15,767 nucleotides of DNA from Candidatus Bipolaricaulia bacterium (GTDB lineage: Bacteria > Bipolaricaulota > Bipolaricaulia > JBHIAT01): assembly GCA_046758705.1 (NCBI GenBank), contig JBHIAT010000078.1, positions 1 through 15,767 on the forward strand, in the 5' to 3' direction. Shown one piece after another: positions 1 to 7,052 of the stretch (its first letter is position 1; every line of letters starts with the position of its first letter). The position numbers and the translations under genes were made by a program. A model generated the notes under the pieces. It had not been told where the DNA came from. It made no database searches and saw only the letters and a program-made list of their open reading frames with translations.

Positions 1-3
1 GGT

Positions 4-336
4 TTAGGGATCTCTTGATGTCAGGGCGTTTTTCTTGTGGAGGGAAAAGATCAGTTTTATTACTTGTTGACTCTCCCTGCCCTCGTATTCTCGGTCAATG
101 GTTATGGACTGAATTTCAGGCAAAAAGTCCTCAATCAGCAGAAACACTCCAACAGCAAAAAGCTTGAACTTGGCAATCTTACGGCTCTGGCTTCCAAGCC
201 CTTGACGAATAATCTCTAAGGCTTCTCGTTTCACCTTCGCCGGAATCAGGATGGCAAACTCCTTATGGTTGGAAAAAGCCCAAACTGAATCTCCTGTGTC
301 TTCAACCTTAATGCTCTGGTCAATTTGGATGTGCAT
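4..336 (-). CDS. Hypothetical protein (110 aa), possibly RNase H-like/DUF3800-like fold, possibly C-terminally truncated
   Basis: Protein-like ORF starting MHIQIDQSIKVEDT, with a later hydrophobic strand plus acidic residues (ITIDREYEG). No clear RBS. Overlaps the tail of the upstream ORF by 91 nt. Confidence 0.55.
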   Translation of the reverse strand: MHIQIDQSIKVEDTGDSVWAFSNHKEFAILIPAKVKREALEIIRQGLGSQSRKIAKFKLFAVGVFLLIEDFLPEIQSITIDREYEGRESQQVIKLIFSLHKKNALTSRDP

Positions 337-938
337 ATAAGGATACGGTTTCTGGACGCCCCTGATAATTCACCCAATTGGATCATATGCCGTGTGCTAC
401 TCGGTGCGATGCCATTCTGGATTAGAGGAATGAGCGCAAATCCCATCACGATTCGCCCTGTATGGAAGCAAATTTTCAGGTGATCTTTGGCTCCTATCGC
501 CTCTTGAAGGTCAAAGATGTGTTGGGGGAGCGGTTCGATAAGAAATTTAACCCGAACTGCTAGCCATTTGGGGGCCATAAATTTGGCTTGAGTCTCTTTC
601 TGTGTCTGTGCAAGGACTCCTGTAGGATCGTAAAGGATAAGGCCAGTATTCAGGTCATTAGCTCTGATTGGGTGCTCCAGAATCTTCTCAATATCTGTAT
701 AGATCTTCCGCGGCACCGGGAAAGCATCGATGTATACGCCTTCCCGCCAAGCATCAATTCCAACACGTTTCGCCAGATCTTCCTGAACTCGCTCAACAAT
801 CAGTCTCAGATCGATATCGGAGAATTCGGTCTCTTCTCCTTTAGCAACTGATCCTACTAGAAGTGCTCCTACAAGGTCATCACGCTTTTGCAGCTGTTCT
901 TGTACGAACTTTTTAGCTATCTCGATGTGGTCGGCCAT
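246..938 (-). CDS. Nucleotidyltransferase domain protein (DNA pol beta superfamily, KNTase-like architecture); 3' end probably truncated near 350
   Basis: LVGSVAKGEETEFSDIDLRLIV matches the hG[S]...DxD NTase motif, with a third acidic strand (VYIDAF) and a helical C-terminal part. The last ~35 codons overlap another ORF and look like read-through. Confidence 0.85.
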   Translation of the reverse strand: MADHIEIAKKFVQEQLQKRDDLVGALLVGSVAKGEETEFSDIDLRLIVERVQEDLAKRVGIDAWREGVYIDAFPVPRKIYTDIEKILEHPIRANDLNTGLILYDPTGVLAQTQKETQAKFMAPKWLAVRVKFLIEPLPQHIFDLQEAIGAKDHLKICFHTGRIVMGFALIPLIQNGIAPSSTRHMIQLGELSGASRNRILICTSKLTRALRLKTQEIQFGLFPTIRSLPS

Positions 939-995
939 TTGCTCAACAAGCCTTTTTAATTACCGAAAATGGTTCTTTCTGGTAATAGTCATGTT

Positions 996-1024
996 ATTAT
1001 AGTGCAGAAGCGGGATTCTGTCCA
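996..1024 (-). promoter_or_regulatory. Sigma70-type promoter for the nucleotidyltransferase gene
   Basis: Minus strand TGGACA (1024-1019), 17-nt spacer, TATAAT (1001-996), about 58 nt upstream of the ATG at 938. Confidence 0.7.
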
Positions 1025-1073
1025 ACCTTAGATCCACCCCAACCAACTCCTGACTTTTCTTGTCCCTCAAAAG

Positions 1074-1103
1074 TTGCATCGCATTTCTTCCTCTGACTAT
1101 AAT
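1074..1103 (+). promoter_or_regulatory. Sigma70-type promoter, divergent, driving the CMD gene leader
   Basis: TTGCAT (1074-1079), 18-nt spacer, TATAAT (1098-1103). Confidence 0.6.
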
Positions 1104-1161
1104 GATTTGCGTCAGTGAAACCGCTGATGAAAATCAAAAAATTAAGGGGTCATTGCTTGCT

Positions 1162-1189
1162 GTAGAGGTGGGTTTGAAACCTGCTCTGC
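1162..1189 (+). repeat. GTAG-type REP-like palindrome (single degenerate copy)
   Basis: GTAGAGGTGGGTTTGAAACCTGCTCTGC: a GTAG tetranucleotide followed by an imperfect palindrome centred on GGTTT-G-AAACC. Confidence 0.5.
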
Positions 1190-1311
1190 CATGAGGCAGA
1201 TCAAGAGCAAGGAGGTGATGCTATTCTATCGGACGGCGGAGGTTGACGAACCACTGCGGCGATTGCCGTAGGGACGGTCAATTGAACTCAGCAATTTGTG
1301 AAAGGAGAATT

Positions 1312-1692
1312 ATGTCACGCGAGACGGTACAGGCCGAAATGAAACAAATCCTTGGGCAGGTACCTGGGTTTTTTGAGGGTTTGCCTGATGACACCGTTGA
1401 CGGAGAGTGGGAACTGTTCAAACGATTCGAACTCGGCGAGACCGCAATTCCGGCCAAATATAGGGAGTTGATCGGGGTTGCCGTATCATCCGTCCTCCAC
1501 TGCTGGTACTGCTCCAACTTCCACTCGGCATTGGCCCAGTTCCACGGAGCGAGTGAGGCGGAGGTTCAGGAAGCGGCGCACCTCGCCAAGTTCACAGCGG
1601 GCTGGAGCACCTATTTAAACGGGTCGCTGTATGATCGCGACCGGTTTATGAAAGAGTTGCAGGAGATAGGGGAATACCTCAGCCAAAGCTGA
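1312..1692 (+). CDS. Carboxymuconolactone decarboxylase / AhpD-like family protein (CxxC)
   Basis: RBS AAAGGAG at 1301-1307, then ATG 1312. IPAKYRELIGVAVSSVLHCWYCSNFH matches the AhpD core (E...CxxC...H); GASEAEVQEA follows. Confidence 0.9.
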   Translation: MSRETVQAEMKQILGQVPGFFEGLPDDTVDGEWELFKRFELGETAIPAKYRELIGVAVSSVLHCWYCSNFHSALAQFHGASEAEVQEAAHLAKFTAGWSTYLNGSLYDRDRFMKELQEIGEYLSQS

Positions 1693-1810
1693 TACCTTCC
1701 CCTGCAGAAGGCGAAGGACGAGTCGCAGGTTGTACCATTAGTCCATATCTGAGATCTCCCGCCGGGGGAGAGCGGGGAGTAACCCTTGCAGCTCACTCTG
1801 CAATGAGCCG

Positions 1811-1858
1811 GCCAGGAGCTTGGTGGCCTGAAGTCGCCGGGCTTCCTGGTTGCTTTTC
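1811..1858 (+). terminator. Probable intrinsic terminator after the CMD gene
   Basis: CCAGGAGCTTGGTGGC-CTGAA-GTCGCCGGGCTTCCTGG forms a long stem with G-U pairs, followed by TTGCTTTTC. Confidence 0.6.
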
Positions 1859-2062
1859 AGCATGATCAGCCTTGGTGGATTGCTTAGCAACGCCTGCTAA
1901 TTACCGCTTTTAATTCTTTTCGGCAAGAGTATAAACCTTGATTCCCTACAGGTCGGAGTCAAATTTTACTGTAAACGGCAATTGGGTGACGCTGCCGGAT
2001 TTCGAGCTCGTGTAGGTGTTTTTCCGACTTGTCTTTTTTTGTGGAAACCATCTCGATTTTAG

Positions 2063-2272
2063 GGTGCTCCAGAGGCAGAAGCCCCAGATGTCGACGACGA
2101 TGTGGATCCCACCGATCCCGCGATGCTGGGACAGGCGAGGCGACGGTTTAAAAAGCGCCTGAATGGGATTATCAACGTAAGAACTGACGGGAATGATCTT
2201 TACTACGCGAGGAGGGTAGCGGCGGGGTATCAGTTCGTGACTTACAAGCAGGCGGTGGCACCACGCGATTAG
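2063..2272 (+). pseudogene. 3' fragment of an unknown gene
   Basis: Open frame ...PEAEAPDVDDDVDPTDPAMLGQARRRFKKRLNGIINVRTDGNDLYYARRVAAGYQFVTYKQAVAPRD* with an in-frame TAG at 2060-2062 just upstream. Its stop overlaps the stop of a convergent ORF. Confidence 0.35.
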
Positions 2273-2466
2273 TAGTCCTGCGTTGAGTTGGAGTGTCGCC
2301 TAACAATCGCTGCAGCAGATGCGGCTAACGCTGCATAGAAATCGGCGGCGTTTTCGCTGTTGACGGTGCTGGTCAGTGAACCGTATCCCGCCCGCCGTGC
2401 AGCATCGTCAAGCAGATCTATGACAAGCTCGGGGGTGGACGGGAAACAGGCGACAGGTAGATCCAC
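2269..2466 (-). pseudogene. 3' fragment of an unknown gene
   Basis: DLPVACFPSTPELVIDLLDDAARRAGYGSLT... has protein-like composition and no good RBS. Its stop overlaps the convergent stop at 2270-2272. Confidence 0.35.
2425..2445 (+). repeat. Direct repeat copy 1 (21 bp)
   Basis: AAGCTCGGGGGTGGACGGGAA; 19/21 identical to 2770-2790. Confidence 0.8.
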
Positions 2467-2474
2467 TTATCAAC

Positions 2475-2515
2475 TTGAGATTTCGAGGGTCCCTACGTTA
2501 CGATAATCGTGGAGG
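2475..2515 (+). promoter_or_regulatory. Putative promoter, palindrome and RBS of the DUF433 operon
   Basis: TTGAGA (2475-2480), 18-nt spacer, TACGAT (2499-2504); palindrome ACGAT-A-ATCGT (2500-2510); GGAGG (2511-2515). Confidence 0.45.
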
Positions 2516-2524
2516 ATCACGGAA

Positions 2525-2752
2525 ATGACTAAGGACGCTGTGATTCAATGCTCTAAAGATATTCTCGGGGGCACTCCTGTGTTCAAGGGAACCCGAGTGC
2601 CCGTAAAAACCTTCATTGATTATCTGGAAGCCGGGGAGAGCCTGGACGACTTTCTCGAAGATTTTCCAACCGTCACACGCGAGCAGACCTTGCAAGTGCT
2701 TGAGCTTGCCAAGGATGCACTGCTAAACGATTTGAATGAGACTTCTGTTTGA
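2525..2752 (+). CDS. DUF433 family protein (putative antitoxin, VapB45-like)
   Basis: ILGGTPVFKGTRVPVKTFIDYLEAGESLDDFLEDFPTV is the classic DUF433 signature; GGAGG RBS upstream. Confidence 0.93.
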   Translation: MTKDAVIQCSKDILGGTPVFKGTRVPVKTFIDYLEAGESLDDFLEDFPTVTREQTLQVLELAKDALLNDLNETSV

Positions 2753-2783
2753 CGAGTCATTACCACGAAAAACTCGGGGGTAG
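2736..2783 (+). pseudogene. Truncated DUF5615/PIN-like toxin (N-terminal ~12 residues only)
   Basis: ATG 2736 overlaps the end of DUF433 and reads MRLLFDESLPRK, the typical start of PIN-like partners of DUF433, then TRG* (TAG 2781-2783). Confidence 0.75.
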
Positions 2784-2790
2784 ACGGGAA
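2770..2790 (+). repeat. Direct repeat copy 2 (21 bp)
   Basis: AAACTCGGGGGTAGACGGGAA, 345 bp downstream of copy 1. Confidence 0.8.
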
Positions 2791-2910
2791 GAAAGATGAG
2801 ATTGCATTTTTGAGCCTGGACGGCATAAAATCCCAATTGCAGAGTTATATAGAAAATGCTCATCTAACACGTTCAAAGACTTTGTTGAGCAATTCAAGCA
2901 GGTGTAGTTG

Positions 2911-3537
2911 ATGGATCCCAAACAGATCGTTGCACAGGGGTATGACCGTATTGATGAGCGGCATAGCGAATGGGCAAGCCGGGTTCGAAAGGAGGAACGC
3001 GCTCAATACACGTCCATACTGCTCGAAGAACTACCTGAAGGTGCTGAGGTGCTTGAACTCGGCTGCGGCGTGGGAATACCAACAACACGACAACTGGCAC
3101 AGCGCTTCGTGGTCACAGGTGTGGACATTTCTGCGCGGCAGATTGCGCTCGCTCGTCAGAATGTCCCTGCGGCAAAGTTCATCCATGCCGACATGATGGA
3201 ACTCGACCTTCCACCAGCTAGCTTTGATGCTGTCGTAGCGTTCTATTCCATCATCCATGTACCTCGTCAGGAACATCCCAAGCTCTTGCAGACGATTGCT
3301 ACATGGTTGCGATCTGGAGGGTTGTTGGTGGTGACGATGGGTGCCAGTTCGACAGATGTAGGTTTTGAAGAGGATTGGCTGGGCGCCCCCATGTACTGGA
3401 GTAGTTATGGCAGCGAAACCAACAAGCACCTCGTCGAAGCAACGGGCTTGCATATCATCAGCGCACGAGAAGAGACAGCAGAAGAATTTGGTGAGCTCGT
3501 GACCTTTCTTTGGGTAGTGGCTCAAAAGCCTACTTAG
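2911..3537 (+). CDS. Class I SAM-dependent methyltransferase
   Basis: VLELGCGVG (motif I), VTGVDIS, ADM, FDAVVAFYSIIH, LRSGGLLVV. Start is ATG 2911 or TTG 2908. Confidence 0.92.
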   Translation: MDPKQIVAQGYDRIDERHSEWASRVRKEERAQYTSILLEELPEGAEVLELGCGVGIPTTRQLAQRFVVTGVDISARQIALARQNVPAAKFIHADMMELDLPPASFDAVVAFYSIIHVPRQEHPKLLQTIATWLRSGGLLVVTMGASSTDVGFEEDWLGAPMYWSSYGSETNKHLVEATGLHIISAREETAEEFGELVTFLWVVAQKPT

Positions 3538-3567
3538 AGGACAGCTAATATTTTCTAAGGAGGAAAC

Positions 3568-5604
3568 ATGAAAACACACAGCATAGAAGCGTATGACCCA
3601 TCGTATCCTCCTGCCTACCTGGCCAATGGCCTGGTGGGATTACGCCTCGGCCAAATTCCGTTCTTGAACGGGAGTGCCCTCGTGAACGGGTTTGTGCATC
3701 ACAGATTGGATGACCGCTACGAGCAGTATGCCCCGGCCCCGTTCCCGATCGGCGCCGACCTGCTTATCGATCGCACCTGGCTGCAACGGGCTCCCGATCA
3801 TGCTGTTTTCCAGGAGCAACACTACGACTTCTCTTGCGGCGAGCTCGTCAGTCGCTTCGATTTCTCCGTCGATGGCGTGACGGCTCACGTTGAGGTGCTG
3901 ACCTTTTGCAGTCGAACGCTGCCGAGCCTCGTACTCCAAGAGATCATCGTCAGCGTGGACGAGCCATGCAACCTGGGCTTCCGTGCCGGCATCGAAATGG
4001 CCGATCTGCCCGGACGTTCCCTCGACAGACGATTGATTCACAAACCGCTTGGCGATGCCATCCTTCTTTGGGAAGGGAACGGCGGACTGACCACGGTAGG
4101 CGCCGCCTTCTTTGCCACGTTTGAGGGAGAGGACGCGGTCGAGGTCGAGCGCTACGACTGGCCCTACAGCTATGACAGCTCCTGCAACCTCTGCAAGGAA
4201 TATCGCCTCGAAGCGCAACCGGGAAAACGATATCGGATGCGACAGTGGGGATCGCTGGTGCCCGGCATCATGCATTCCGAGCCCCACTTTCAAGCGGTCC
4301 GAGCGATGAACGCCGGACGATGGCGCGGATTTGATGCCCTGCGTGACGAGAATCGCGCGGCTTGGGAAGAGCTGTGGCAGGGAAGAGTGCAGATTCTGGG
4401 CGCCAAGGAGAGATGGCAGGAGATCGCCGATGCCGCGTACTTCTATCTCCATAGCTCTGCCCATCCGGCCATGCCGTTGAGCGTCGCCCCGTTCGGCTTG
4501 AGTCACACAGAGTTGTACAATGGCCATGTCTTCTGGGATACTGAGACCTTCATCTTTCCACCGGCGCTGCTCACCGCCCCCGATGCCGCCCGGGCGATGC
4601 TCGAATACCGCAGCCGCGATCTGCAGGCGGCACGGTATAACGCCGCACTCCTCGGCTACCGCGGGATTCAATTTCCGTGGGAAACCTGCTTATACGGAGA
4701 CGAGGTCACCCCGATGTGGGCTTCCGTGGGATGGGGTGAACACCATGTAAACCTGGATGTCGCGTTTGCCTTCGCCCAGTACGTCCACGCCACCGGCGAT
4801 GAACGGTTTCTGCGAGACCATGCCTGGCCCGTGCTTGAGGGCGTGGCCGAATGGATCGTAAGCCGCGTGACCCAGACAAAGCGCGGCTACGAAATCCGCC
4901 ACGTCACCGGCATCGACGAGGGCATTACGAACATCCACAACAACGCCTACACCAACATTGCCAGCATCGTGGTGCTGCGTGAAGCCATCGAGTTTGCTCA
5001 GCGTATGGGCGTCCAACCGCCAGCGACGTGGGTCGACGTCGAGCAAAACATGTTCCTGCCCATTGATCCAAAGCTGAATATCATCCTCAAGCATGACGCT
5101 TACAAGTACAAGGGCGGCATCTGCACGCCAGAGACACTGGCAGGATTTTTTCCGCTGATCTATCGCCATCCCGACCAGGAGATAGAGAAGAACACCTATC
5201 AGTATCACATGGATCTGGCGGATACCTATTTGGGCTATCCGATGCTCTCCGCTGTCTATGGGGTGTGGGCAACCCGTATGGGGAGGCGAAAACTCGCGTT
5301 GGAGTTCTTTGAGAAGGGGATCGCGGACTACATCCTGGAACCGTTCATGGGATTTGGGGAGTTCAGTTCGAGACCGCAGCCTATGTTCCTGACCAATCCG
5401 GCCGGATTCCTGTTAGCGCTTTACTTCGGACTAACGGGATTAGAACTGGATGCCGGCCCTCCGGAAGACTGGTTCAAACGTCCGATCGTCATGCCCGAGG
5501 GATGGGACGGCATCGAAGTCGAACGGATCTGGGCCCGTGGCCGTCCCGTGCACCTGGTCGCTCGGCATGGTGATCAACAGGCGACGATGAGTTTCACGGA
5601 TTGA
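3568..5604 (+). CDS. Glycoside hydrolase family 65 protein (trehalose/kojibiose phosphorylase-like or inverting hydrolase)
   Basis: RBS AAGGAGG. YLANGLVG at the N-terminus; GLS...YNGHVFWDTE, FPWE, EHHVNLDVAFA, VTGIDE (general acid region) and NNAYTN. Confidence 0.9.
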   Translation: MKTHSIEAYDPSYPPAYLANGLVGLRLGQIPFLNGSALVNGFVHHRLDDRYEQYAPAPFPIGADLLIDRTWLQRAPDHAVFQEQHYDFSCGELVSRFDFSVDGVTAHVEVLTFCSRTLPSLVLQEIIVSVDEPCNLGFRAGIEMADLPGRSLDRRLIHKPLGDAILLWEGNGGLTTVGAAFFATFEGEDAVEVERYDWPYSYDSSCNLCKEYRLEAQPGKRYRMRQWGSLVPGIMHSEPHFQAVRAMNAGRWRGFDALRDENRAAWEELWQGRVQILGAKERWQEIADAAYFYLHSSAHPAMPLSVAPFGLSHTELYNGHVFWDTETFIFPPALLTAPDAARAMLEYRSRDLQAARYNAALLGYRGIQFPWETCLYGDEVTPMWASVGWGEHHVNLDVAFAFAQYVHATGDERFLRDHAWPVLEGVAEWIVSRVTQTKRGYEIRHVTGIDEGITNIHNNAYTNIASIVVLREAIEFAQRMGVQPPATWVDVEQNMFLPIDPKLNIILKHDAYKYKGGICTPETLAGFFPLIYRHPDQEIEKNTYQYHMDLADTYLGYPMLSAVYGVWATRMGRRKLALEFFEKGIADYILEPFMGFGEFSSRPQPMFLTNPAGFLLALYFGLTGLELDAGPPEDWFKRPIVMPEGWDGIEVERIWARGRPVHLVARHGDQQATMSFTD

Positions 5605-5636
5605 TCCCATTTCGTATAATGCCAAAGGAGGTATCC

Positions 5637-6194
5637 ATGGCCTGGATAAGGATCATTCAAGAGGACGAAGCCGAGGGCCCATTGCAGCAGACCTATGAAA
5701 GCCTCATCGAACCTTGGGGAGGTGTGGACAATATCATGAAAATCCACAGTCTCAACTTGCCTTCCCTGCATGCTCATTTCAAACTGTACAAAGTTCTCAT
5801 GCGTGGGCAATCTGATCTCAGTCTGGTTCAGCGCGAGATGATTGCCGTGGTTGTTTCGGCTACAAATCACTGCCATTACTGAATCACGCATCACGGAGCG
5901 GGGCTCCTTCGATTGACCAAAGATGAAGCTTTGGTCGAACAACTGAAATCGGATTTTCGCCAAGCTGACCTCAGTGAGTGTGATCAGGCCATGTTAACCT
6001 ATGCCGTGAAGCTTACAAAAGAACCTTGGCACATGGAGGAAGATGATGTAATTCGATTGCGGCAGGCGGGGTTCAGCGATGCCGCTATTTTGGACATTAA
6101 TCAGGTTACAGGGTATTTCGCTTTCACTAATCGCCTGACAGATGGATTGGGCGTGGAATTAGAACCGTTTTGGAAGGAAGAGGAGGCACAGTAG
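5637..6194 (+). CDS. AhpD-like/peroxidase-related selenoprotein (CxxU, 185 aa; TGA 5880-5882 read as Sec)
   Basis: RBS AAGGAGGT at 5625-5632, ATG 5637. ...REMIAVVVSATNHCHY-TGA-ITHHGAGLLRLTKDE... continues in frame into the second AhpD half (GFSDAAILDINQVTGYFAFTNRL). The TGA sits at the second Cys of CxxC. Confidence 0.9.
5882..5914 (+). promoter_or_regulatory. Bacterial SECIS-like stem-loop
   Basis: Upper stem GGAGC (5895-5899) / GCTCC (5903-5907) with a GGG loop that follows a 17-nt spacer after the TGA. Possible lower stem AATC (5882-5885) / GATT (5911-5914). Confidence 0.75.
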
Positions 6195-6198
6195 GAAA

Positions 6199-6957
6199 AT
6201 GGATTTTCCTGGAAAATGTGTATTAGTTACAGGCGGCTCTAGGGGCATCGGTCGGGCCATCGTCGAGGCTTTCACAAAACATGGCGCTTGCGTCGCCATC
6301 AACTATAAGGCAAACAGCCAAGCGGCTCATGAGACCATCGATTCTTTGCCCGGTGGCCCTCACATGGTTGTTCAAGCAGATGTGTCACAACCGGACACCG
6401 TTAAGTATCTTATTGAAGCAGTGATATCTGAATTTGGACGACTTGATATCGTTGTGAACAATGCAGGCACTTCAATCACTCATCGCATTGATGAAGTGGA
6501 TTTTACCGAATGGCAGCAGGCGTGGCGTGAGATACTTGCTGTCAACCTAATCGGCCCTGCAAATGTCACCTACTATACGGCCCAGCACATGATGAAAAAT
6601 GGTGGAGGTCGAATTGTGAACATCTCGTCACGAGGGGCATTTCGTGGTGAACCGGACAAGCCTGCTTATGGTGCCAGTAAGGCGGGTCTCAATGCGATGA
6701 GCCAATCGCTGGCGCAGAAGTTGGCGAAATACAACATCTTCATCGGGGTGGTTGCTCCGGGTTTTGTCGAGACCGATCTTTCTGCAGTCACATTATCAGG
6801 TCCTGAAGGCGATGAAATAAGAAGGCAAAGTCCTTTGGGTCGTGTGGCGCGTCCCGAAGAGGTAGCCACCGCCGTCTTATTTCTCGCTTCGGAAGGCACG
6901 GAATTTGTGACGGGTGCCATCATCGATGTGAATGGTGCATCATATTTGCGATCATAG
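6199..6957 (+). CDS. SDR family NAD(P)-dependent oxidoreductase (FabG-like)
   Basis: TGGSRGIG, NNAG, NISS, YGASK and PGFVET motifs. Confidence 0.95.
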   Translation: MDFPGKCVLVTGGSRGIGRAIVEAFTKHGACVAINYKANSQAAHETIDSLPGGPHMVVQADVSQPDTVKYLIEAVISEFGRLDIVVNNAGTSITHRIDEVDFTEWQQAWREILAVNLIGPANVTYYTAQHMMKNGGGRIVNISSRGAFRGEPDKPAYGASKAGLNAMSQSLAQKLAKYNIFIGVVAPGFVETDLSAVTLSGPEGDEIRRQSPLGRVARPEEVATAVLFLASEGTEFVTGAIIDVNGASYLRS

Positions 6958-7052
6958 ACTGATGATTCTAACACAAATAGATGGTGAACGGGCGACGACA
7001 AGTTTTACGGATTCATCTCGACAAACTGCCTAATCGAAAGGACTTACGTACC

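Noticed and set aside
1109-1181. Hammerhead ribozyme (CTGATGA at 1124-1130 and GAAAC nearby)
   Set aside because: Stems I-III cannot be built around the core; CTGATG is part of a simple inverted repeat.
2404-2452. LuxR-like HTH tail on the plus strand (IVKQIYDKLG...)
   Set aside because: Needs a frameshift in the G run and has no upstream HTH similarity; too short to support.
2862-2890. Integron attC site (ATCTAAC ... GTTGAGC)
   Set aside because: Only about 29 bp, too short, with no L boxes, no other attC-like sites and no integrase.
3640-4671. 343-aa minus-strand ORF and other long antisense or alternate-frame ORFs (3031-3579, 4690-5208, 10901-11722, 12912-13373)
   Set aside because: Shadow ORFs of GC-rich genes with clear family motifs; they have no recognisable motifs of their own.
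5601-6194. Two separate 93-aa genes or a nonsense pseudogene
   Set aside because: The stop is TGA at a catalytic Cys position, the frame continues, and a SECIS-like hairpin follows, so Sec read-through explains it better.
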